Positions 7,575-14,817 of a stretch of 20,000 bases of DNA are shown here, piece after piece; the first letter of the stretch is position 1; each line of letters opens with the position of its first letter. The notes below the pieces were generated by a model. It had not been told where the DNA came from. It was given only the letters and a program-made list of their open reading frames with translations, and ran no database searches. Both the position numbers and the translations under genes were made by a program. Where the stretch lies: the IMG/VR virus record IMGVR_UViG_3300042451_000642. The stretch is one strand, 5' to 3'. The DNA is from an uncultured virus (IMG/VR IMGVR_UViG_3300042451_000642) (Duplodnaviria; Heunggongvirae; Uroviricota; Caudoviricetes).

Positions 7575-8963
7575 ATGGGAAATAAATTAAAGGCAATACC
7601 AGGAACAAGATTCAATATAATAACCATCATAAAGGAAACCGAGGGTAAAAGATATAAGGATGGAACCCTTGCAAGGATGGTTACAATTCAATGTGATTGT
7701 GGTAACATAAGGGATAAGAATTTGGCACTTGTATTAAGAGGTGAGGTAAAGAGTTGTGGGTGTTTATCAGGTAAAGGTGATTTAACCAAAGATCAAGTAG
7801 GGAAGAAATATAATATGTTAACTATTACGGGGGAAGCACCTAAGAGACGTTCAAAAGGAGGTCATAGTCAAAGGTTCGTTAAGGTTAAGTGTGATTGTGG
7901 TAGTAAAGAGTACGAGGTCCAACTAAGTGCTATTGTCAGTGAAAATACAAAATCCTGTGGATGTTCCAAATTAAATGGTGGTATAAAAAATAAGATAGAT
8001 TATATAGGAAAGAGATATGGTAGATTAACTATTATAAAGGAATTACCTGGAGTAAGAAAACCTGGAGGATCCATTCAAAGAATTATGGAATGTAGATGTG
8101 ATTGTGGTGTAGTTAAACCACTAAGAATATCTGACATAAGAAGTGGAAGGACAACATCGTGCGGATGTTATATGAGACAGGTGTCAAGTGAATCAAATGC
8201 CATGAATGTGGAAATTGGTACAAAGAGAGGATTCATGACATTACTAAAAGAAACTGACAAGGTAACAAAATACAAGAAAGATGGTGGAATGTCAAGTAGT
8301 ATAAGGTATGTAATGGTTAAATGTGACTCTTGTGGTGATATTGAGGAGATGACCCTTCATAGGTTCATAACGGAATCACAACCAATCCATTGTGGATGTT
8401 TGACATCCAAAACAACCATGGGGAGATTAAATAGTAAAGAGATGATTATTGAGCGGTATAATAGTCTTGAGATTCTTAAGGAACTTGATGAGGTTGAATA
8501 TTATACACATGATGGGGTAATATATAAACAAAGGATGGTAGAATGTAGATGTGAATGTGGTAGTGTTGATTCTTACAAATATAAAGATTTATTATTAAGT
8601 AATATAAAGTCTTGTGGATGTAAGAGTCATTTTGATAGTCATGGGTTATGTAAGAATGAAAATACTCGACGAATGTATCAAAGATGGAAAAACATGTTGA
8701 GTAGATGTTATAATCAAAGAGATGTACATTATCATCATTATGGAGGTAGAGGAATTGGAGTATGTGAAAGATGGAGAGAGTCATGTGAGAACTGGATTGA
8801 GGATATGGGATTTCCACCTACATGGGAAGACACTAACGATAGAATCGATGTGAATGGTGACTATGGACCAGATAACTGTAGATGGGCAGACCATAAAACT
8901 CAGAGTATTAATAAGAGAAGTAGTAAGTGGTATAGGAATGGAGAAAAAAATCCCACCATATAA
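7575..8963 (+). CDS. Phage HNH-type (homing) endonuclease-like protein with five CxCG...CGC repeats
   Basis: Five GxxYxxLTI...CxCG...(S/H)CGC modules, then YGGRGIGVCERW...DMG...DRIDVNGDYGPDNCRWA. Confidence 0.8.
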   Translation: MGNKLKAIPGTRFNIITIIKETEGKRYKDGTLARMVTIQCDCGNIRDKNLALVLRGEVKSCGCLSGKGDLTKDQVGKKYNMLTITGEAPKRRSKGGHSQRFVKVKCDCGSKEYEVQLSAIVSENTKSCGCSKLNGGIKNKIDYIGKRYGRLTIIKELPGVRKPGGSIQRIMECRCDCGVVKPLRISDIRSGRTTSCGCYMRQVSSESNAMNVEIGTKRGFMTLLKETDKVTKYKKDGGMSSSIRYVMVKCDSCGDIEEMTLHRFITESQPIHCGCLTSKTTMGRLNSKEMIIERYNSLEILKELDEVEYYTHDGVIYKQRMVECRCECGSVDSYKYKDLLLSNIKSCGCKSHFDSHGLCKNENTRRMYQRWKNMLSRCYNQRDVHYHHYGGRGIGVCERWRESCENWIEDMGFPPTWEDTNDRIDVNGDYGPDNCRWADHKTQSINKRSSKWYRNGEKNPTI

Positions 8964-8972
8964 TCTTCACCT

Positions 8973-9024
8973 GTTCACGTTTACGTGAACGTTCACTGTC
9001 CGTGAACATAGGTATTTTGTGAAC
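8973..9024. repeat. Cluster of GTTCAC/GTGAAC inverted repeats
   Basis: GTTCACGT-TT-ACGTGAAC, GTTCAC-TGTCC-GTGAAC, and a further GTGAAC at 9019. Confidence 0.75.
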
Positions 9025-9096
9025 ACCTTTACTATCCTGAAGGGAGGAGACGAGAGTCTCCGACCGACAATTACACCCTATAAAATTACCCCTCAG

Positions 9097-9121
9097 AACC
9101 CCTCCATAGGGGTTTTATTTT
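9097..9121 (+). terminator. Possible intrinsic terminator for left-arm transcription
   Basis: AACCCC-TCCATA-GGGGTT followed by TTATTTT. Confidence 0.45.
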
Positions 9122-9242
9122 ACCCCGAATTTTTTCCTGTTTATACCACTAAAAACCCTACTTTTTCCTGTCTGTTTTATCGTGATCAATTAATATATCT
9201 AAAACTATCTTTTTCTATCCCATATTTGGGTTCTAGTATAAT

Positions 9243-9270
9243 TTATCCACAATTCCCCACTTTCTCCCAC
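9243..9270. promoter_or_regulatory. DnaA box overlapping an MraZ-like (GTGG-N6)x3 array
   Basis: TTATCCACA at 9243-9251; CCAC at 9247, 9257 and 9267 (10-nt period). Confidence 0.4.
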
Positions 9271-9453
9271 TTACTAGGAATGTTCACTGGGATTGACCCG
9301 TGAGCGAATCACAGACCATTTTATTTTTTCTACCAGAATATACCCCTAATATCATTATATTATTACGGTCGGACTCTTCGAGTCCTCCCTTCAGGATGTC
9401 ATACAACGTCTTAGTATAACCCTTTATATATTATATTAATCTGTCATACATTA

Positions 9454-9469
9454 GGTTCCACGTGGAACC
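9454..9469. promoter_or_regulatory. parS-like perfect 16-bp palindrome
   Basis: GGTTCCACGTGGAACC; the inner 14 bp match the parS-type TGTTCCACGTGGAACA. Confidence 0.55.
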
Positions 9470-9748
9470 CTGAAGGGGGACCGAAGGTCCCCCGTATAAT
9501 AGAATATTCGTAATACAGGATGAAGGGGACCGAAGGTCCCCGAGTATACTTATAATACTTTTATACGGTCCTGATGTGATACGTCTATAATCCCTGAACC
9601 GTAATACAAACATTACTGGGGAAACCCACCCATGGGAAATAGTTTGCCAAACAACATTAAGATTACTGGGGAGACCAATATTGTTTGGCAGATTATACGG
9701 GGACCTTCGGTCCCCTTCAGGAGAATCTCGGAATAATCCTATGGAAAT

Positions 9749-9780
9749 TAAAAAAACCCTTAGGGATTTTCCGAAGGGTT
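9749..9780 (-). terminator. Intrinsic terminator downstream of the 294-aa ORF
   Basis: On the - strand: AACCCTTCGG-AAAATC-CCTAAGGGTT followed by a T run. Confidence 0.6.
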
Positions 9781-9852
9781 CTTAGTATAGTACAATATAT
9801 GTCTTACAAGGAAAGGATGAAGGGGGACCGAAGGTCCCCCGTAAGTAATACG

Positions 9853-10737
9853 TTATATCCATTTATAAATAAAGTTGAACTTATCTAAATTACTTGAAAA
9901 ACGAACAGGAACTAAATCATTTGATTTAAGTATGTATTTTATTCTTTCTGTTAATAGTGTTTCTAATAGTTCTTTTTTAGGTACTGCATAATCTTCAGAA
10001 AGTTTTGGGTACTCTATATAGATTGGCATGAAATCGAAGTCTACTTCCCCAGTAATCTTGTTGTGGCTTCTTGCATCACATTTGAACTTAAGTTTAACAT
10101 TTTTGGGGAATTTATAATATACCTTGATTTGTTTTAATTCACCATCATCTCCCATACTCGTATTGATTTCATCTGGTATTGTAAAGGTTCCCTCCTCGAC
10201 GAAGTCAAGATGAACCTGAAGGTTATGTGGAGTATTCTTTTGGGATTGGAGTTGTCTCAGACCTCTATTAATTCTTTCCAAGGTGGTGTCGTCGAGTTCC
10301 ATTACAGATCTGAATCCCACGGGATCTTTAAGAAAAGTCATCAGAGTCTTTACTTTACGAACTTCTTTTGTCCATTGAAGTATCTCCACGGGTAATACAG
10401 TGTCCATTGCACTGTTTAAGTTAAATCCAATGAATTCATTCATTCCCCCAGTAAATAATAGGTCACTGATCCTCACCATGGTTTCACCCATCTCATTACC
10501 ATCTTTATCCATGTACTCGTCATACATGGGCTTGAACTTCTCCGCAATCTCGGTCATCAACTTGAATATTATATCTGGTTGGACCTGAGTCTCACGTATT
10601 ACGATGTTCAAGTAAGATCCAAATGTACCAAAAGTTTCAGGTAGTGTATAATAAATCTCACCGTTTATTGAGTTCAGCGGACCCCTCAGAGATTTTACGA
10701 ATCTCTCGAAATCTGATTTGTCTAAAATTTTTCCCAT
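9853..10737 (-). CDS. Hypothetical protein (294 aa)
   Basis: Long ORF with no recognised motif; TATATTTATA just upstream on the - strand. Confidence 0.85.
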   Translation of the reverse strand: MGKILDKSDFERFVKSLRGPLNSINGEIYYTLPETFGTFGSYLNIVIRETQVQPDIIFKLMTEIAEKFKPMYDEYMDKDGNEMGETMVRISDLLFTGGMNEFIGFNLNSAMDTVLPVEILQWTKEVRKVKTLMTFLKDPVGFRSVMELDDTTLERINRGLRQLQSQKNTPHNLQVHLDFVEEGTFTIPDEINTSMGDDGELKQIKVYYKFPKNVKLKFKCDARSHNKITGEVDFDFMPIYIEYPKLSEDYAVPKKELLETLLTERIKYILKSNDLVPVRFSSNLDKFNFIYKWI

Positions 10738-10749
10738 AGATATAAATAT

Positions 10750-10779
10750 AAAAAAAAAGGTTCCATTGTGGTGGAACCT
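10750..10779 (-). terminator. Intrinsic terminator after the AP2-like gene
   Basis: AGGTTCCA-CCACAA-TGGAACCT plus T8 on the - strand. Confidence 0.75.
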
Positions 10780-10805
10780 CTTAGTAATACATGTGTGTAA
10801 TAAGA

Positions 10806-10985
10806 CTATCGTCCCATTAACTCGTTACGGAACTGTACGGCCTTTCTCTTGCTTGAGAAATTCTTAGAGTACTTAGTACCATTAACACTTACACGTACAC
10901 GGTAAGATGAACCATCATGATAGATGTTGTCGGCAACAGGAACATATGTAGTAACTGTGGTGCGACGGGATGTTGTTTTTTTCAT
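10806..10985 (-). CDS. Stand-alone AP2/integrase-arm-like DNA-binding mini-protein (59 aa, not in ORF track)
   Basis: MKKTTSRRTTVTTYVPVADNIYHDGSSYRVRVSVNGTKYSKNFSSKRKAVQFRNELMGR*; basic; three-strand plus helix pattern; followed by its own terminator. Confidence 0.7.
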   Translation of the reverse strand: MKKTTSRRTTVTTYVPVADNIYHDGSSYRVRVSVNGTKYSKNFSSKRKAVQFRNELMGR

Positions 10986-11131
10986 TTGTGACTATTTTAA
11001 GTTTATATATAAAATATAACAAATAATATCCAAATAAAAAAATCCTGCCAAAAAATATTTTACCCCAGTAAACTTAGACCATCTTGCTGTTGGTCAGAGG
11101 TGAATTCCCCAGTAATGTTCCGAGTCCCTGA

Positions 11132-11272
11132 TCAGGTCCCACTGTTGAGATATCTATCTCCCCACTTCTTGGTCATATAGGCATCATACCTATGTACCTT
11201 GTTCGGGTTGAACAGGAATATCACGAAGTAGTAATCCCACTTCCACTCTAAATCTTTTAAAAACTTCTTCAT
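11132..11272 (-). CDS. Small aromatic-rich hypothetical protein (46 aa, not in ORF track)
   Basis: MKKFLKDLEWKWDYYFVIFLFNPNKVHRYDAYMTKKWGDRYLNSGT*. Confidence 0.6.
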   Translation of the reverse strand: MKKFLKDLEWKWDYYFVIFLFNPNKVHRYDAYMTKKWGDRYLNSGT

Positions 11273-11298
11273 ATGATGTTGTTTATTCCCCAGTAATG

Positions 11299-11499
11299 TT
11301 ATCCCATCTTCTCCTTCCTGAGGATGTCGGTCAGAAGATTTTTGTGATTTTGAACGATTACACCGTGCTGTTTCTTAAGAGCTTCCTCTAAGGACATTCG
11401 TTTGTGTGTAATCTTCCAATTGATTCTGTCGGTCGACTCCCATCGTTCCCAATGCTTACCACTAGGTGAGAGCTGAATTCTACTGTGAATCTTTTTCAT
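11299..11499 (-). CDS. Hypothetical protein (66 aa)
   Basis: Start revised to MKKIHSRIQ at 11499 because a promoter lies at 11523-11554. Confidence 0.65.
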   Translation of the reverse strand: MKKIHSRIQLSPSGKHWERWESTDRINWKITHKRMSLEEALKKQHGVIVQNHKNLLTDILRKEKMG

Positions 11500-11522
11500 T
11501 TGTTTTTTATTTGATAATTCCG

Positions 11523-11554
11523 CAAAGGTACGGTGTTTAAGGGTTAATACCAAA
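11523..11554 (-). promoter_or_regulatory. Bacteroidota-type promoter
   Basis: TTTG-N20-TACCTTTG on the - strand. Confidence 0.7.
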
Positions 11555-11557
11555 CCC

Positions 11558-12124
11558 TTAAACAAATTCTTCAGTTTTAATCATATTGAAATCAATTGAC
11601 TTCAGTTTGAATACTAAGTAGTCGATTGCTATTCCCACAATCTTTCCATTGTGCTTGGCTACAAGAAGTCGGTAGGAACCATCCCCATAACCTGAAGACG
11701 ATACTACCCCAGTATTATATGATCCCCACTGTTGGCTTGACAAGGTTAATCTACACATCTTCTCATACCACTTATCTCCCTCACCCTCACACGGTAACAT
11801 AAAGTCCATCTTAGGTGCTGTTATCTCGTCAGCAATGGAATCATTCCTATAGGACTCCATATCAAATATCCCACACTGACCTGAGTCAACACCGATATCT
11901 GCTGCGGTAACTGTTCTCCAAGACAAATCGTCCTCCACATAATCCTTGTGGACAGCAACAAGTGCTGCACATCTTGTACCCCAACCACCGGTCTCATCCG
12001 ATTTGAATGCTGTGGAGGAGTACTCACCAGGTAATACATCTGTCAACTTATGCTGACACCAGGTAGGGACAGTGTAACAAGGGTCCGATACCATAACTTC
12101 CGAGCCTAAATAAATTTTTTCCAT
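11558..12124 (-). CDS. DUF4241-like protein
   Basis: VSDPCY, IGVDSGQCGIFD, SSGYGDGSY...GKIVGIAIDY. Confidence 0.65.
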   Translation of the reverse strand: MEKIYLGSEVMVSDPCYTVPTWCQHKLTDVLPGEYSSTAFKSDETGGWGTRCAALVAVHKDYVEDDLSWRTVTAADIGVDSGQCGIFDMESYRNDSIADEITAPKMDFMLPCEGEGDKWYEKMCRLTLSSQQWGSYNTGVVSSSGYGDGSYRLLVAKHNGKIVGIAIDYLVFKLKSIDFNMIKTEEFV

Positions 12125-12125
12125 T

Positions 12126-12449
12126 TTAAATTACATTTATTGTGAATGATTCTGTTTCGATTTGTCTGTGTAAATAAACTAAGTGTTCCATTGTAAGGTC
12201 GTTATAACCTAAGTCGTGGTAACCATCTCCTGTAATACCTTTGGTGATTAACTGACCTGTGCTTCCACATATCCCTATAACAACTACTTTAACTTGGTAG
12301 TCGTCGTCGAAGTTTTGGGTAAACCACACTGAGAATGGATTGATTAATTCTAATTCAAATTCGTCCCCTCCGTTAAGTTTAACGGTTCTGTGGACAATAT
12401 CTCGGTGAATGGAATCACGGAGCTTTAGTAACTCTTGAGAGTAATTCAT
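12126..12449 (-). CDS. Hypothetical protein
   Basis: 107-aa ORF abutting the downstream gene. Confidence 0.75.
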   Translation of the reverse strand: MNYSQELLKLRDSIHRDIVHRTVKLNGGDEFELELINPFSVWFTQNFDDDYQVKVVVIGICGSTGQLITKGITGDGYHDLGYNDLTMEHLVYLHRQIETESFTINVI

Positions 12450-12473
12450 ATGATTAATAGTTTAAGTGTAATA

Positions 12474-12505
12474 CGAAATTAAGTATTCTTTTCGAATATT
12501 CCAAA
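12474..12505 (-). promoter_or_regulatory. Bacteroidota-type promoter (variant -7)
   Basis: TTTG-N20-TAATTTCG. Confidence 0.55.
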
Positions 12506-12988
12506 TTATGCTAGAATATTTTTTAGAACTTTAATATTCTCGTCAATCTCAAGGTCCATCACTTTAAGTAACTTCTCCTTGGCTAACTCCATAAACTCTA
12601 CACTGTTACCCAGTAAATCTATGTCCGTCCCGTGCACATCCGTCTTCCCGACGATAACCCTGATGTCCTTAGTACCTTTACCCTCTCTATAGAATAGAGC
12701 TCGAGCATAGATGTACTCACGAACCAAAGACAGTTTGATTTCATCTGCCACAGATTCCTTAGAACGGAGTTGCATAATGATTTCTTCTAACTTGGCTAAC
12801 ATCTCGAAGTTGGTCTTCATCATACGGATGCTGTTCTTATACTGATTACAGTACTTCACCAGCTCATCAGTGTGAGGAATACTTAAGTCGATGTCCACAT
12901 TAAGGAAACGATCGTATGAACTAATTCTATCTCGGGTACCCACTATCTCAGTGAATACTCCTCCCGTTAAACGATTTTCTCTACCCAT
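12506..12988 (-). CDS. Hypothetical protein
   Basis: 160-aa ORF. Confidence 0.8.
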   Translation of the reverse strand: MGRENRLTGGVFTEIVGTRDRISSYDRFLNVDIDLSIPHTDELVKYCNQYKNSIRMMKTNFEMLAKLEEIIMQLRSKESVADEIKLSLVREYIYARALFYREGKGTKDIRVIVGKTDVHGTDIDLLGNSVEFMELAKEKLLKVMDLEIDENIKVLKNILA

Positions 12989-13188
12989 TTTATTTTTGTT
13001 TTTAATTTGTTTAAAATCCCAGTAAACTTGTCCCCATCCTGGCTCACCTCAGGTGCGAACTCATATCTCGTGTTCATTGTACCCCCCAAATAACCAGTAA
13101 AGTATTTGGTTGGTTCAACATATTGACTCGATACTCTATATCTTTCCACCCACTCATTAAATGATAATGGGGTTTGGAATGTGCTCAT
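12967..13188 (-). CDS. Hypothetical protein
   Basis: Probable start MSTFQT at 13188, directly after the upstream stop. Confidence 0.65.
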   Translation of the reverse strand: MSTFQTPLSFNEWVERYRVSSQYVEPTKYFTGYLGGTMNTRYEFAPEVSQDGDKFTGILNKLKTKIKWVEKIV

Positions 13189-13189
13189 C

Positions 13190-13825
13190 TTACATTTCAG
13201 TTTCTTTTCCATATATCTCTTTTAATTCGTTAAAAATTTCTTCTAATTTTTTAAGGTCTTCGTCCCCAGTAATAAAATGGAACATTTCCTTCACCGACTC
13301 GAAGGTTACATCTTCATCACTCTCGAACAAATAGTCAATGTCCCCGTCGATAGATTCAAAGAAGTTCTCCTTGTCGAAAAGATATCTACCCTCATTGTAT
13401 GAATAATCTTCTTCGGTTAATCCATTCTCATTGTCAAAATAAGATTTACCACAGAAGTCACAACCTGGTTCTTCATAATATAACTCACACTTCACATTGA
13501 ATAACCTACCCAAGTGTTGAATGAAGTTTATTGGTGGTGACCAAGCTGAATCGAACGACATTGTTATTGATTCGTCATCATAAGTGATATTAGCTTCGTT
13601 GTATGACACATCCCACTTACAACCCCAGTAATTAATGTTGGCATCGTACCATCCTCCGTGTTCGTATTCATTTAACTCAATAGATTTGTCACGACCAACA
13701 AGAGCCATAAAAATACCAGGGGATGTGTTATCCTTACTCTCGATATCTTCGAGATAAAATTTAATTCTGTCCAAGTTTTCGTTATCACCTGTAATAGTAA
13801 GGTGATTGTTGCACCAATTTGGCAT
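13190..13825 (-). CDS. YubB/DUF1281-like ferredoxin-fold phage/plasmid protein
   Basis: MPNWCNNHLTITG, WYDANINYWGCKWD, FDSAWSPP, YEEPGCDFCG. Confidence 0.8.
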   Translation of the reverse strand: MPNWCNNHLTITGDNENLDRIKFYLEDIESKDNTSPGIFMALVGRDKSIELNEYEHGGWYDANINYWGCKWDVSYNEANITYDDESITMSFDSAWSPPINFIQHLGRLFNVKCELYYEEPGCDFCGKSYFDNENGLTEEDYSYNEGRYLFDKENFFESIDGDIDYLFESDEDVTFESVKEMFHFITGDEDLKKLEEIFNELKEIYGKETEM

Positions 13826-13846
13826 AGTTGTATGATTTATGTTTAA

Positions 13847-13878
13847 CAAAGATATAACAGGGATATCATTATTCCAAA
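13847..13878 (-). promoter_or_regulatory. Bacteroidota-type promoter
   Basis: TTTG-N20-TATCTTTG. Confidence 0.75.
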
Positions 13879-13899
13879 TAATATCCCCGTTATTTTATT

Positions 13900-14382
13900 T
13901 TACCAAGAAGCTCTGTATTCAAAGTCACCAGAGTACAATCCGTGTTCTTTGGATTGTTCGTGTTCTTCTAACAACTCCTCAATGATTTTGATAGTTGAGT
14001 TTACATCTTCTTTGTAATACTCATCAATTTCATCACCACCGAAAAAGAAACCCTGTACTGGTGGAAGAAGTTCTTTAGCCTTATCAAAGTTGGAACTAAC
14101 TTCTTTTAGTGTTTCAAATAACTCTTTCAGCTTGTCCTCATCAACATTGATGTTTTGACATTCATCAATACCACCACCACAATTCTCAACGAACCATCCG
14201 TGAAGTGCATTGAACTTTCTCCAATACGCCACCTGTTCGGTGATGTAACAAATACGATTTGGTTTAATGTCGTTACGAACTACACCATTCTTTTTAACTT
14301 CGATTTGGTGTTGTTGTTCAGGTGGGTTGTGTTCCCAATTTTGTACATAAGTTCTTTTGTACAGATACATGTCTAGTCCCAT
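13900..14382 (-). CDS. Conserved phage protein of unknown function (MGLDMY...YWRKxN family)
   Basis: MGLDMYL, VAYWRKFNALHGWF, LLP..GFFFG, YRASW. Confidence 0.8.
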   Translation of the reverse strand: MGLDMYLYKRTYVQNWEHNPPEQQHQIEVKKNGVVRNDIKPNRICYITEQVAYWRKFNALHGWFVENCGGGIDECQNINVDEDKLKELFETLKEVSSNFDKAKELLPPVQGFFFGGDEIDEYYKEDVNSTIKIIEELLEEHEQSKEHGLYSGDFEYRASW

Positions 14383-14413
14383 GATTTTTTAGTTTAAGTG
14401 TTAATTAATAATG

Positions 14414-14445
14414 TAAAGGTATTACAATAATTTTATTATACCAAA
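14414..14445 (-). promoter_or_regulatory. Bacteroidota-type promoter (variant -7)
   Basis: TTTG-N20-TACCTTTA. Confidence 0.55.
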
Positions 14446-14817
14446 TTATTTTATGAAAAGTTTACTATCGATTGTAAATAATTCTTTGTACTCACTTCCG
14501 TCAGCATTCTGTCCGTTTAAATTCCAGAATGGCAACACTCTTGGATTGTATTTTAAATGTGCGGTAGTTTCAGGAATAAAATCTTCGGTAAGAATTTCTA
14601 TTTCTTTACAAAGAACATAAGCACAAACGACTTTGGTGGTTTCCCCAGTAAATATTTTCTGCGCTGCTGTCCTGTTGTTTTTCAGAACGCAATCAGTTAG
14701 TATTAACTGAACTTCAGCTGGGTGATAATATTTCACCCAGCCGTTGTTATATTCAATTTTCCATTTCATATAGTTCTCTCCCTTTCCGAGATTGAACCTA
14801 ACTTTATGCTTTTTCAA
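14446..14817 (-). CDS. Hypothetical protein
   Basis: Likely TTG start near 14817 (KKHKVRFNLGKGENYMKWKI); the longer ORF-track start would overlap the upstream gene by about 200 nt. Confidence 0.65.
   Translation of the reverse strand: MKKHKVRFNLGKGENYMKWKIEYNNGWVKYYHPAEVQLILTDCVLKNNRTAAQKIFTGETTKVVCAYVLCKEIEILTEDFIPETTAHLKYNPRVLPFWNLNGQNADGSEYKELFTIDSKLFIK

Larger units (their letters stand above)
9036..9840. repeat. Family of six related GC-rich hairpin repeats (TGAAGGG-GGAnn-GAA/GAGA loop-nnTCC)
   Basis: Copies at 9036-9066(+), 9366-9395(-), 9469-9493(+), 9521-9541(+), 9699-9721(-), 9818-9840(+). Confidence 0.9.

Noticed and set aside
156..8817. Antisense ORFs in the left arm (156, 1098, 1454, 3759, 4093, 4402, 4577, 4802, 8476)
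   Set aside because: Shadows of well-supported + strand genes
8964..9852. tRNA or other recognisable RNA gene
   Set aside because: No cloverleaf or T-loop consensus, and no family I can recognise by eye
9019..9888. ORF-track calls 9019-9303(+), 9431-9613(-) and 9685-9888(+)
   Set aside because: Non-ATG starts, they run through hairpin repeats and terminators, and their composition is atypical; the region is better explained as non-coding
10758..10779. Second parS-like site (GGTTCCA...TGGAACC)
   Set aside because: The centre is 6 nt instead of CG and it is followed by a T tract on the - strand, so it is an ordinary terminator
11003..11052. Host-type promoter for the AP2-like gene
   Set aside because: TTTG elements are present, but no TAnnTTTG at the correct spacing; not called
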